DNA of 64,000 nucleotides, from positions 44,268,001 through 44,332,000 of the forward strand of contig CM052822.1 of the NCBI GenBank assembly GCA_028534125.1. Direction: 5' to 3'. A program made the translations under genes and the position numbers. Every line of letters begins with the position of its first letter. Within the stretch, counting starts at the first letter, position 1. The DNA comes from Lama glama. Its lineage: Eukaryota. The notes beneath the pieces are model-generated. The model was not told where the DNA came from. It searched no databases and worked only from the letters and a program-made list of their open reading frames with translations. Shown here one piece after another: positions 23,510-35,451 of this stretch.

Positions 23510-24278
23510 TTTTTTTATTTTGAAATAATCGTGGATTCATAGGCCATTGTTAGAAATAACACACACAGAGAAATTAAGACAGACAGATCCCCTGCACCCT
23601 TTAATGACTTTCCCCCAACAGTAACCACCACCAAACCGCAGTCCAGCATCACAGCCAGGGTACTGACCAGGGACACCAGGGCACAGAGCAGGGCCGTCTC
23701 CCCAGGGGCCCTCACACTGCCCTTTACAGCCACACCCTCCTCTCACCCCCGCCCCCTCCTCCGCTGCTCTTAGGGCAGCACTCATCTTTCCTTCATTTCT
23801 GTACTTTTGTCAAGATTCTCATATAAGTGGAATCATACAGTGTGTAACCTTTAACAACTGGCTTTTTAAAATTGTTTTTTCACTCAGCAGAGTTCTGTGG
23901 AGTCTCCCCAGGTCGTGGGGCAGTTTTCCTGTGGCATCTGACTGGAGTAGAGGGTCACCTTCTAAGAGATTTCCGTCTCACAGTTGCCCCTTTCCTTTCC
24001 TCGAGAAAGCGGGCTTCCCTTGGGGCTTTCTGGGTCTGCATTTGTTGATGTTTCAGATTGCTGCCTCCTTCAGCACCAAATCTGGGGTGTCTGAGACAAA
24101 AAGAAAACCCAGGGACCTCGCCACCATGCCGTTGTCAGGCGCCTAGCTGGCCTGCCACCTTCTCTCCGCCTTTCAGAATCTTCTTAGGTATATTTTATGC
24201 AGGATGTTCAGGGTTTTTATTTGCACTTAATGGGAAGAATAGAGAAGAGTACATCGACTCCATCTTCTCAGGAGCAGC
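23510..24278 (-). mobile_element. L1MD-like element: 3'UTR fused directly to 5' end (internal deletion)
   Basis: 23510-23915 resembles the L1MD 3' end (TTTTATTTTGAAATAAT...AGAAATAACAC...AGATCCC). 23920-24278 resembles the L1M4/L1MD 5' end (AAAAAGAAAACCCAGGGA...GACTCCATCTTC). Both are on the same strand. Confidence 0.7.
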
Positions 24279-24440
24279 GATCTTTTTAAAAAATAATGCA
24301 TCTAAGATTCATGCTTTAATGCATTTTGGCAAAGGTTTACAGTTGTGTAACTTCTATCAGGATACAGAACATTTCCATCACCCCAGGAAATTCCTTCATG
24401 AGTACATGATTTATTTTAATGCGAATCTGATTATGCTTCC

Positions 24441-24929
24441 TGTGAGGCCAGCTTCTAAGATGACCCCGAATGGCCCCCACATCTTGGTAATCTCACCCTA
24501 TGCAACACCCTCCCTTGGGTGTGGACTGTATTTAGTGACTACCTTCTAGCCAGTGAACTAGGGCAGAAATGACGGCTTGTCACTTCTGAGATCAGTGCAT
24601 CAAAGACTGGCCTCCATTTTTGGTACCCTCTCTGATGACTCCTTCTGGGGGAAGCCAGTGGCCACGTCTCAGGGACACTTCTAGTGCAGTGGCCCAAGAG
24701 GCGAGGCCCTGCAGAGTTCGGGCACCAGCCGAGTACGGGAGCCTTCCTGGAAGCAGCACCCTCAGCCCCTCAGGGACTGCAGCCTCATGAGAGATTCTGA
24801 GCCACTCAACTCCGCTAAGGCACTGTGGGTTCAGGACCCTCAGAAATTGTGTGATGTAATATGCTCCTGTAGTTTTAAGCTGCTAAGTTTGGGGTAACTG
24901 ATTACGCAGCTGTAGGTAACTGATAACAC
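24441..24929 (+). mobile_element. MaLR LTR (MLT1F-like), near full length
   Basis: TGTGAGGCCAGCTTCTAAGATGACCCC...TTTTAAGCTGCTAAGTTTGGGGTAA...TAACTGATAACA. Confidence 0.85.
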
Positions 24930-24949
24930 ACTCCAGTCCTTCCTTCCCG

Positions 24950-25415
24950 CAGGTCTGAGATCTGCCTGCCTCCTGAACCCCGTCCTGCCCCTCTCTCTCC
25001 CTCTCTCTCTCCTCTCTCCACGCTCTAGCCACCTTGGTCATTCGGCTTCTCCCTCAATACTCCATTCCTGGGATGTTCTGCCACCACCTCCACTCCCCAA
25101 CCCCCAGCCACCCTCACCCTCAGTTAATCCCAATTGTCCTGTGAATCGGCTTCAGTGTCAAGTCTCCAAGGAAGACCCTTCCCACTTAGGGCAGGTTGCT
25201 CACTTATACCCTCCATTTAGATTTTTTTCCCCTGCGATTAGAAGTGCCCACCATAATTGTAATGTGATAAATAACTGAGGCAGGCTTGTTTCATGTGTCT
25301 CCCCCACGAGGACGGAAGCTCCCCAAGGGCAGGTCTGTGTCTGTCTTGTTCACACTTGTGTCCCCAGTGGAGTGAGGTCTGGCCCCTTGTGTGTGTGATG
25401 AATTGATGGAGAGAT
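24950..25415 (+). mobile_element. L2 3' end
   Basis: TGTCTCCCCCACGAGGACGGAAGCTCCCCAAGGGCAGG...GTCTTGTTCAC...TCCCCAG. Confidence 0.75.
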
Positions 25416-25659
25416 GTATGACTTGCTTCTCAAGAAAGAATGTATTTAGGAAGGCTTGGGGACAGAGCATTTCCTGGAGGCCCCCAAGAAATGTTCCCAC
25501 TTCTGGACAGGAAATATGAGAGTTCTTAATGAAAAAAGGCAAAATACGTTTTTTTAAAAAGTGCTAGCTACAGGCAGAAGTGATGACCCCTCGCCTAGGA
25601 GGCGGCCTTGGCGGTCTTCAACAAAGGGCGCAGCGGAACTTGGAAGCTTTTACAGATCT

Positions 25660-25750
25660 TGATCCTTGGGCTCCTCCTGGTCCCGTTGAATCAGAATCTA
25701 CAGGGCTGGGCACTGGCGTTTTTTCCAGGTGAGAGTTGAGAGCTCTGATA
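25660..25750. mobile_element. MER5-like hAT MITE fragment
   Basis: TGAATCAGAATCT...CCAGGTGA...GTTGAGAGCTCTG. Confidence 0.5.
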
Positions 25751-26924
25751 GGACCTCCAGGTGAGGTTCTAAGGATTGACACACACTTGAGGGAAGCTTC
25801 TGGAATTGAAAGGGTTCTTAAACAGCCAGCAAGGAGGCCTTGACCTCAAGCCTGGCAGGATCAATTGTAAACATGCTCCTGGAGGAACCACTGAGGAGGC
25901 CTGCAAGGCCAGGTGCCCAGCGAGTGAAAGGGGAATTGGGATTTGGGGGTGGGGATGAAGTTCTGGTCCTGGGCAATTGCAGCCCCTGCCCTGAGCTCTG
26001 CTCTTTTGAAGACCCCGCTCTGGCCCTCCCCAAGTACCTACCTACCCAAAGCCAGTGCGCTCCTTTTGAGACCATGCCCCATTCCCTGGGACTCCAGAAC
26101 ACCTACACAAATGCTTCCAGGTCTGTGGGGCCTCCTCCCTGGTTCCGTCTTCTCCAGGGAAGACTGCAGCAAATGATTCACCCCAGTTGTGCACCCAAGG
26201 GGTGGTCAAGGGTGTGAATGGATTGGGCAGAGCTATCCACATGCATGCATTTGTGGTCGGGGCTGGGAAGTGGGGAATTGGGATGGGCTGGGGCCAGGGA
26301 CCTTCACCTGTGTTCTTGCTCCAATTACCATAGTGACTGAGGGCAGGCCTGGCATGTGCCCCTAATTTTCATTCTTCGACTTAGCTTCTCCCTTGAATGC
26401 ATTAACTGTGGTCTCGAAATCACCCCTTATTGCATGTCTCTGAGACTATACACCTGTTCTCTCCAGCAGCAGTGCCCTCTCCTTGCCTGCCTCCCAGCCT
26501 CCTGCTCAGCCTTCCAGGCTCAGTGCAGGTGTGCTCTCCTCAGCAAAGCATCCCTGGTCCCCCCAGGTGGAGTCCCCCCCCCCTCCATGCCCCAATGCTT
26601 GTCTGCTGCCTCTGGTCTGGAACCAGTCACTAAACTGCACGTATGGACAGAAAGCTTTGTCTCTCCCATATACGGTGCCTTATTCTCCTCTGGGTCCCCA
26701 GCTGCTGGGCACCGTTCCTGGCACAGGGATGCCATTTAAAGACTGGCTTATGGGCCAGACTGAATCATTTTGGTAATTGTGGGAGGAAGGCTTTGGAGGC
26801 CTCCTCTGATATATATCCCCAAACTCTGGTTTCCCTTGGAAAATTCAGTGCTTGCTCTGAAAGGTCAGTTTCATCAGTTGCAGTGAGGGCCGAGGGTAGC
26901 ATTTCCAACCTCTGAGCTGCCCTC

Positions 26925-26959
26925 GTGTGTGTGTCTGTGTGCGTGTGCGCGCACACGCA
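26925..26959. repeat. (GT/GC)n alternating purine-pyrimidine tract
   Basis: GTGTGTGTGTCTGTGTGCGTGTGCGCGCACACGCA. Confidence 0.8.
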
Positions 26960-27784
26960 GAGCCTTCCGGCCTTCTCCCTTCCCTCACCGACCATGTGGA
27001 GAAGCACGTGTATGCACTTGAGTCCCTGCACCATCTGCTCCAGAGAAGTATTCCAGGGGCTCAGCTGCCTGCGGAGGAGGTTAACACGTGTCCTGGTTTG
27101 CCAGGGACAAGCTGTGTGTGTATCTGCTCTCTTGGAATGATTAATAGGGCCCCTTTCACTCTTAAAATGTCCCGTCACTTAATAAGATAAGTGGTAAGGT
27201 CCTCTCGGCAGCAGTCTGGTACCTCGCTGCTGAGCCCATCAGCCTGCACACTGCTTTCCCTGACTTCTAGGATTTCTCAGATTTACTAGATTCTTAGAGA
27301 CGTTGGCAGAAAGCAGGGCAATTTTCATGGCCTCATTTTGAATCCTAACTGGTTCTCTTTAAAATCCAAGAAAGAGGTTATAAATATTCTGTCTAAACTA
27401 AGTGGCTCTCAGACTCTGCTTCCAAAGGACACTGCTGAAGAGTCCTGCAGGAGGGCACTGCCTAACAGTGGCCATGTCCCATGGTGCAAGGAAGGTTTAA
27501 GCCAGAGGACAGAATGGATTCAAGTTCACTTTCTTTTCTAACAAGTTTTTACACACCTTTGGTAGCTGACCCCACTTGTCAACTGGCAGGTAAACAAATA
27601 TACAGATGTTAAGTGAGTATAAATTTTTAAAAATTCAAGAAACCGTTTGATAATTTATGCATTTTAAATGAGGTAAAAAGTCCTGCATACCTGGAACATG
27701 GCCATATTTTCATTTGGTAAAATTAGTTTATTGATGGAATTTAACACAACGTGTCACAGTGCTTCCATATTAAATTCATATCTA

Positions 27785-27925
27785 ACATTTGTTGAGCCCT
27801 ATTATGTGTCAGACAAGTGCTAACTGAGTCCTACACAGAATCTGTTTCGTCCTTGCAGGGACCCTGTGAGGTGGGTACCATGACCACCATTACATAGAAG
27901 CAGAAAATGGGGCTGTGGGAAGGCA
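27785..27925 (-). mobile_element. MIR
   Basis: TAACATTTGTTGAGCCCTATTATGTGTCAGAC...CCCTGTGAGGTGGGTAC. Confidence 0.7.
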
Positions 27926-29529
27926 GTCCCAGTCTCACAACTTCCAGGTGCTCTGCCACCAAAACGTAGGAAATCCTCTTTGAAACTTCCTAGCTGGTCA
28001 TTGTGGTCAAACAAGCTTCTATCACTTGCCCTCTGCCCTTAGGCCATGATTCCACAGCAATGAGAGAAGCCTTTTGAAGCTACAGAGAAATTTTCGGAGT
28101 TTTCCTCTTGGCTCTGACAAGATCTTTCTTTTGCTATTGTTATTATAATTTTTTTCTTTTTCTTTTTTTCTTTTCCTTTTAAGGGATGAGGTTAATGAAT
28201 CTGGGAAAAACCAGGGCCCTGTCGTATTAAATCTGCTGCTGCTGGTTTGCTTGGGGACCTAAGCTGCCGGCTCAGCACTCTGCTGGGATGCTCTGTTTCT
28301 TCCAGACCCCGACTTCAGCCTGTCTCTCTCCATGTCTTAGCTTGCCAAGGAGGGCACATCGAGACTGCTGTAATGTGGCACAAAACAGATGCTCAGTCAA
28401 CACGGGTTTTAGGAATGAATGCATTAAGTGAATGAAGCAACGGCTCACTTCATTTTCATCAAGATTATGATATGGAATGAGGAAACTGCTGCATTTTGCC
28501 AAATCCCTTTGTGGTACATCTCTGCAAGGAAATGGAATCTCTGTGTTCTCTGGTTAATTAAACCTAAGAGATTGACTCCTGGTGCAGAATCTTCCCCTGG
28601 GTCCTATGGCCTCATCAAGTACCTTTGGAAGGTGGAGAAGAGAAGTGTTACGTGTCTGCGCTTTGCTGACTGAACTTGCCCTTCAGTCTGGTTGCTTCTA
28701 AACTCACCAGAGAGCCTTTCTCTGCTGTGTGAGGCAGCCATGCTTCCCACACCTGCCGCTGTGCCACCCTCAACTCCCCTTTACTGTGGAATCTGGCATG
28801 TCATCGTCCCCAGTGGACAGAGCGCCATCTTGCCTGGCCCGCCACCCACCTGCACATATGCCTTGTTCACGCCACCAGGCAGCCAGACCACGTTTTTCCT
28901 GTTTCCCTTTCAGGGATGGGCAACAGGCCACCTGAGCCTGGAAAATCTTTCCTGCCTTCTGACTGTCGGCAGGGAGGACCAGAGAGGCCACTACGACTGA
29001 CCCAGCTGAGATGCTTTTCTTGCTCACGCAGGGAGTACATTTCCTGCCAAAAGTGCTGAAGGCCTTTGTGTCCCACTGCGGGGGTCAGAGCTGAACAGGC
29101 TTTGCATTCCAATGCCCCGCTTTCCTGGAAAGCTCTCTGCCTCCAGTGCTTGTCTCCTTTCTGCTCAGCCCCAGACACCATCGCAATGGGTACCACCATC
29201 TCCTGGCGCCCGGGTCTTCTCAGATCTACAACCAGAGCTTGGGTCACTTTTTCTCCGTATGATTTTTAAAATAATGTTTTCTTTTTAAAAGAATTATTAC
29301 GAAATTAATAAATATATTCTTAAAAGGAAATTGAGAAATACAGGAGACAAGTAATCTATAACTACCTTGCACAAACATCTATTAGCATTTTGCTAGGGGT
29401 GTACCTAGTCTTTTTTTTTTTCAACCTGTTAATGATTATTAGGGAAAAAAAAAAACCTCCAAATAGAATTATACCAGCTTGACTATTTGCTTAACTATTG
29501 ACTCATTTTCATGCATTTCCCTCATTAAT

Positions 29530-29975
29530 TTTAAAATTTTGTAATAATTTTAGATTTACAGAGAAGTGACAAAGACAGTACAGAGCGTTCCCATATGCCC
29601 TTCACCCAGCTTCCCGTTACATTGACATCTTACAGAACAGTGGTACGTTTGTCAAAGATAAGAAATTCTCACGGCTGCGAAACTATTAACCAAGCTACTA
29701 AATAAAACTAGATTTTATTGGGATTTTATCAGTTTGTCCATTTAGGTTCCCTTTCTGTTCCAGGATCATATCCAGGACACCATCCTTAACCTTCTCCAAT
29801 CTGTGAACATTTCTCAGTCTTTCCTTGTTTTTCAAGACGTTGGCACTTCTGAAGAGAACTGATCAAGTATTTTGTAGGATATCCTCAATTTGGGTTTGTC
29901 TGATGTTTTTCTCATGATGACATTTGGGTTATAGACTTTGGGGGAGATGACGCAGAAGTGAAGTGCCCTTCTTTG
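29530..29975 (-). mobile_element. LINE-1 (L1MC-like) 3'UTR
   Basis: AATTTTAGATTTACAGAGAAG...CCCTTCACCCAGCTTCCC...CTCAATTTGGGTTTGTCTGATGTTTT. Confidence 0.85.
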
Positions 29976-30149
29976 TCAATGTGTCTATTCACATAATTTT
30001 ATTTGACAAAAAACAGAACATCTTTCCATATCATTACGGGTCCTACCACAGGGATAGGAAGTAATGACGGTGCTCCAACCCAGGTAAGACCTCAGAATCT
30101 TTCCTAACACAGCCCTCTAGGATGCTTACTCCAGAAGGCCTGTACATTG

Positions 30150-31280
30150 AAACAGTTTGCCAGTTCTGTTCTACATCATTTTTAAAGGCTACAAAGTTGT
30201 TTATAGAATGTTTGTACTCTAATGTGTTTTACCAATCTCTTATTTGGGTTTCTATAATTTTTTTCCCCTTATCAAAGGAAAAATTCCTAGTACTATTATT
30301 GTTGGATAAAAATAAATAAATATTTTTAAGGCTTTTGATGGATATTTTCAAATTGATCTGAGAATATTTTCATGGATTTATTTCTCCAATAGAAATGAAA
30401 ATGTTGCTTTCCTAAAACTGTCAAAGTTTGCTATTACGATGAAGGACAACAAATAGAAAACTGTCACTTGACTGTTGAGTTAATACCTTTTTGTTGTTTT
30501 TATTTGTACTTTCTCAATTACTACGGAGACTGACTTTCTTTTAAAGGTTTATTGGCTATTTCTATTTAATATTTCTTAGACTATGTGTGTCCTTTGTCCA
30601 TTGCGAGATGCTAGTGGTCTCCTGATTAATTTGTAAGAGTCAACTGTAAATCAAAACTGTCAGTCATGGATCATATTTGTTGTAAAATTCTCTCAGTCTG
30701 GTTTGCCTTTAAGTTTTGTTTATAGTGTTTTCAGTGTACAGAAGTTTTAAAGTTTTTTTAGTGAGGATCTAAGTTTAATTTTTCCCTAAATAATTAACCA
30801 ATCATCTCAGCTTCATTTATTAAGCAAGCTTCTCTTTCTTCACTGATTTGAATACCACTTAATATTTAATTTTCCTGTAACTTGAGTTTTCTTTCACTGG
30901 TATTTATTTTGCCCTGTGGAGTTGTATATCAGTGTTGCCCTTCTGCCTTCTTAGATTGTCAGCATAACTTTACAATACTACAATATTATGTGGAACAAGA
31001 TCCTCTCATTCTGGTTTTTTAAAAAAAAATTCTAGCTATTCAAATAATACTTTTTTCTTTCTGATAAAGTTTAGGGTTATTTGGACAAGTTTTAGAAATC
31101 CCACCAGAGTACTAATTATAATTAAGCGTATGAATCTGAACTCGTTGGAGGGAAGTTTGCTAGCCTTATTACAGTCAATCTTTTTATTCAGTTACATGGT
31201 CTTTCACTTTCTTCACTTTCTGTGTCCTTTTTAGAAGAAGTTTGATTTTTTTCTGAGTTTTAGATGTCTTGGATTCACTA
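30150..31280 (-). mobile_element. Very old AT-rich L1 (L1ME-like) remnant
   Basis: TTTATTGGCTATTTCTAT, GTCCTTTGTCCATT, TACAGAAGTTTTAAAG and AACCAAT...CATTTATT in reverse L1 ORF2 order. Confidence 0.6.
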
Positions 31281-31437
31281 GTCAAGTTTTAACTGCCCAA
31301 ATGAAACAAAATGTGAGGAAGGAAGCTTTCCAGCAGAGTGGTCTCTTAATGATGTCAGCCTGGCTGGACATGAGGAGAAAAATGACCAGAAATTCTTGTC
31401 AAAGGAGGGGTAATTTGCACACAAAAAAACACACACG

Positions 31438-31650
31438 TGGCAGAGTGTGGTGCACAGGCTTCTGGGAGCCAGACAGGCTCGGGGTCAGCTCCCAGATCCT
31501 CCTGACTAGTCTGGGATTAAGTGCCTATGGGCCCCAGCACCCTCATCATGAGATGGAGATAGCGGCCCTGCAGAGACCTGAAGACTGGAGCTCGCGTGGG
31601 TAAAGTATCTGACGTATTTAAGTGCTACATAAGTAAATAAGTAAATACTC
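31438..31650 (+). mobile_element. MIR
   Basis: CAGGCTTCTGGGAGCCAGACAGGCTCGGG...CCTCATCATGAGATGGAGATA. Confidence 0.55.
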
Positions 31651-31689
31651 ATGCACATTAGCATACATTTGAGACTTATTGCATGTGCA

Positions 31690-31840
31690 CAGTTGTCCCT
31701 AGGCATTCACCAGGGATCGATTTCAGGACCACCTCTACCCCCAGCCCTAGCCCCACCCCGACAAGAACCACAATATGTGGATGCTCAAGTCCCTTACAGT
31801 TGGCCCCCTGCATCCCCGGGACATAAGGAAAGGTGGCGAT
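31690..31840 (+). mobile_element. MER2/MER8-like TcMar-Tigger MITE fragment
   Basis: CAGTTGTCCCT...TTCAGGACC...GGATGCTCAAGTCCC. Confidence 0.7.
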
Positions 31841-33818
31841 ACTAAGGGAAGAGAGATTAGAGCATAAGCTGCTGGAGACAGCTGTGTCCCAGGTGCCCCC
31901 AAGTTCACCAACCTTCTGGGATCACCATTTGTCTTAATAACCAAACTCTCTAATCTCCCTCTTTTGCCACACAAACATGGTAAGTCCAGGACCAGGCCTG
32001 AGAAGGCAGGAGCTCTGGGACAGGAGAGGAGCGGGGACGCTGACTCTCGCCCAGAACCCCATGCCAGGCCTCTCCCTGACCACCTCTGGGTACCTTCCTG
32101 CTCCCTCTCTGTGTTGTTGCAGCTCTCTGGCTCACTCCAGAACATTCACCCAGCCCTCCTTTGTGTGTCACAGATTTTACTGAAGGTTTGGAGACAGCGG
32201 AGGGTGATGCCAGCACAGACCATGAGCTTGAGCACCTGGTGTCACTGTTGCTAAAATTCACCCCTCATCCCATAGCTGAGTCTCCGACGGGCTACCCTCC
32301 CCTTCAGCCCAGACCTACTGCCAGGGTGCTGGCCCCACTCTCTGTCCTGAGTCCGCTGTTCCTCTTGTGGCTCCACCCCCTCACCCCCCAGAGGCCACCT
32401 TCTCACCCTCCTCCTCCCCACAAATTCTGGGAGAAACTGGAAATTTTTTTCTTTTGCCTCAACCTCCTCATTCAAACTCTGTCCCGGGTTTCAACTTTCA
32501 CAGCTAAAGGGCAGCTAACAACTTCTTTTCAGAGAAGACCTACTCAGAAGTCACCCTGTTGGGTAAAACACATTGGAAAATGACTATTTCTTTGGAAGAA
32601 ATTTTTGGTCAGAGCTTCAGGCTGGAGCATCTGGGCTTTCTCTCTGGATAACGTTCTCTGTTTCTGGAAATGGGAGAAGTGGGTGGATTATCCACCTTTC
32701 AGAGCAACCCCAGGGCTGCTGCTTCCCTTCCCAAGTACAGATGGGGACGTGGGGGTGGCGGGGGTTGGGGTGCTGTCCATATATGTGGTGAATCTCTTGC
32801 AAAGAAGTGAAAATTCCTCACCCTTCTGTCTGGAGTGCCATCCGCAGGGGTCTCCAAGCCTCTCTTTAGCCGCAGAACCCTTTTTGAAATAAAATCTCAG
32901 GCAAACTCCACTATATAAATAGAGATCTAAAGGGAGCTGGATTAATTGTGGGGTCTTCGAGGGACCTCAGCTGATGGTTACCAGTATGTTGTTGAAATGC
33001 CCAGTGAAGACAGGAGGGGGTGTGGTGGGAGCATGACACAGGCCATGGGGTCTGAGTGGACTGGAGGGGCCACGGAACCAGGGAGGGCGTGCCCGGGCTG
33101 GACCACGGTCACCCAGGGCCACACAGAAGAAGTTCATAAATAACTAAGCACAACCTCATCTTTTCCTTTCCCCAACATTCTTATAGAAAAATAATTTTTA
33201 AAATGCCTCGCATTATATTTTCTTTCATTTTCTTTAAAGAACATTGCATTCAGTCACACCAAGGTTTTACACACGGCAGCCCCCCTCGGGTTCTCCCTGA
33301 GGAGCACTCCGCTGGGGAGATGTCTGCGGCGTTCACGACGGGCGCGTCTGTGGGTCCCCACCTCCCCAGGCCTTCAGGGCGGTGTCACCCCGACCACGGG
33401 CTTGCAGAGTTATGAGGGGGTGGTTTTCCTTTGATATCAAGTAAGAATAAAAACACAGCAGAAAAAGAAATAGGTTGTTCTCTGGACTTGGAGAGAAATG
33501 GCCGTCAGGTAACACCGGCCTCTTTTATTGATCCCCCGGAAAGTGTTCTCATCAAAGCCTGTGCATTTTACCTTTCAGTACCGTTTACCTGAGGGCAACG
33601 CTAGCGCCAAGTGAAACCTTATTTTTATGTCTCGTTATCTTTAACGCTCTCCAAAAGTGATTGCCAGCTGCCTAGAAAAAGGGATGACTGGTTGCTCTGT
33701 GAGTCCTGCCCGCTCACCGTTTGGAAGAGGTGTTTTTCTTTTCACTGGCGTCAAGGGGAGGCTGAAGCAGTGAGGGCTCTTCCCTCCTCCCCCTCCGCCA
33801 GGGAGGAAGGAGCAAGTT

Positions 33819-33835
33819 CCAGCAGGAGGCACTAG
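33819..33835 (+). promoter_or_regulatory. CTCF motif
   Basis: CCAGCAGGAGGCACTAG in non-repeat, moderately CpG-rich DNA. Confidence 0.5.
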
Positions 33836-34945
33836 CGTGGCCTGTAAGACCCTCATGATTCTGTAGTGCTCCCCCTATGCTTCCCAGGGCGGTGGGGACG
33901 GGGCTGATGGAAGGACCAACAGCAGTGCAGATACTGGGGCTCAGGACACTGATGTCATTGCCTTGATCAAGGTTGCAGGTAAGAGAAGCCATCTCAAACT
34001 CGCTTTGCTTGGAAAGAGAGACCCCTGGGTACACAGGCCTCTTTCTCCCTCTTTCTCCAGTCTTTCCTTCTCTCTCTCCAGACAGGTTTCCACTGACTGG
34101 TCTGAGCTAACCAGCCCAGGCTGAGACCGATGTGTTAATCCCAGCTCCAAGTGCCAAAGAGAATCTGATGGTCTTCATTTGAATGAACTGTGCCTGGGGG
34201 TCATTGTCATGTCATAGAAAGATGGCTTCCAGGGGACAGTTGAGGGCTGAAAATATACCCCTAAGTTTATCAGTGACCAAATTGAGCGTGTCCCTCCAAA
34301 TGTCCAGACCTTGCTACCACAGCCCCCTCCAACGTGACATCACTGTGACTGTGACGATGGAATGGCTCAGACAACAGGAAACGGTATTAAGGTGTTTCCC
34401 CCTCGGCCCCCAGGGCTCTGGCAGTCAGTCCAACCACAAACTGCAATACCTGGTATGTGTCAAATACCATCCTAGCCTCCGAAGTTGTGGGTGTCACCCA
34501 GACACATTTTCAGTCTCAATATGACTCAGTTTAGTTAACGAGACACATTTAAAACCACACAGTCCCAAATTAATTCAAACCAAATTATAATTTCTTGCTT
34601 TCCCAAAGAATTAATGAATTATTAATAAGGGACAAATCCATAACTCCTCAAACCCTTCCGAAGTCTCTTCTGTCTCTTTTCCAGCAGATAGCAGACGCTC
34701 CAGCTCCCGCTTGTCAGATTCCCTCTGCGCGCTTTCTGATGCAGTTTCCTCCTACAGTTCAGGGCCTGTTTCTCTCTATCCATGACTCCAGTGTTACCAC
34801 AAACATTTGATAACTTGGTTAGTAAAGACTAAACTCTGTTTTAGGGAGTAAGGGGCAGACAAGCTTATGTGTAGCTGGTTAGGGGCCGGAGGAGAGAGAA
34901 AACATTCTGAATCCATGGGTAGCCATGAGTTAAATCCATTTCACC

Positions 34946-35451
34946 TGTAACCTGCCTTCACCCATCAAGGTTGTTTTAATTGTTGCTGCAAGAGTCTCAC
35001 ATGTCCTCCAAGTGGCACGTAGCTTAATAAGATGTTTTCCCGAGCTGTTTGCCAGGAACCTGGTGTCAGCTGTGTCTAGTTCAAGCTGAGCTGGTTCAAA
35101 CTAGTTAAGACCACTGACCCTCCAATTGGATGTGCATGTCTGCTCAGTGACCTTTTGACGTCAGAGGGCCAAGAACCCTACCCTCAGATTGTGCTAAGCG
35201 GCTCCATTTTGAACGTGCAGAGGCCTTCGCTCAGTTACACCTGCACAGAATGATGATTATTGCACCTCTTGTCAATCACTTCGCCCCATGCTCATCATGC
35301 TCCCCACGCCTCAAGTCTGCCCTGCTGCTTTATTGGGTATCCTATAAATGCCCCAAGCCTGGCTGCTAAACCCTCTTTCTGCCGCAAACCTCATCATCTT
35401 AGCGTCTCGGCTTGACGCGCATCTGGCAAAACAAACCTGGCTCGGTCACGA
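34946..35451 (+). mobile_element. Solo ERV1-class LTR (MER50-like)
   Basis: Starts TGTAAC. Diagnostic CCTTTTGACGTCAGAGGGCCAA...ACCCTCAGAT...GCTAA. TATA at 35343. U5-like end ACAAACCTGGCTCGGTCAC. Confidence 0.7.
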
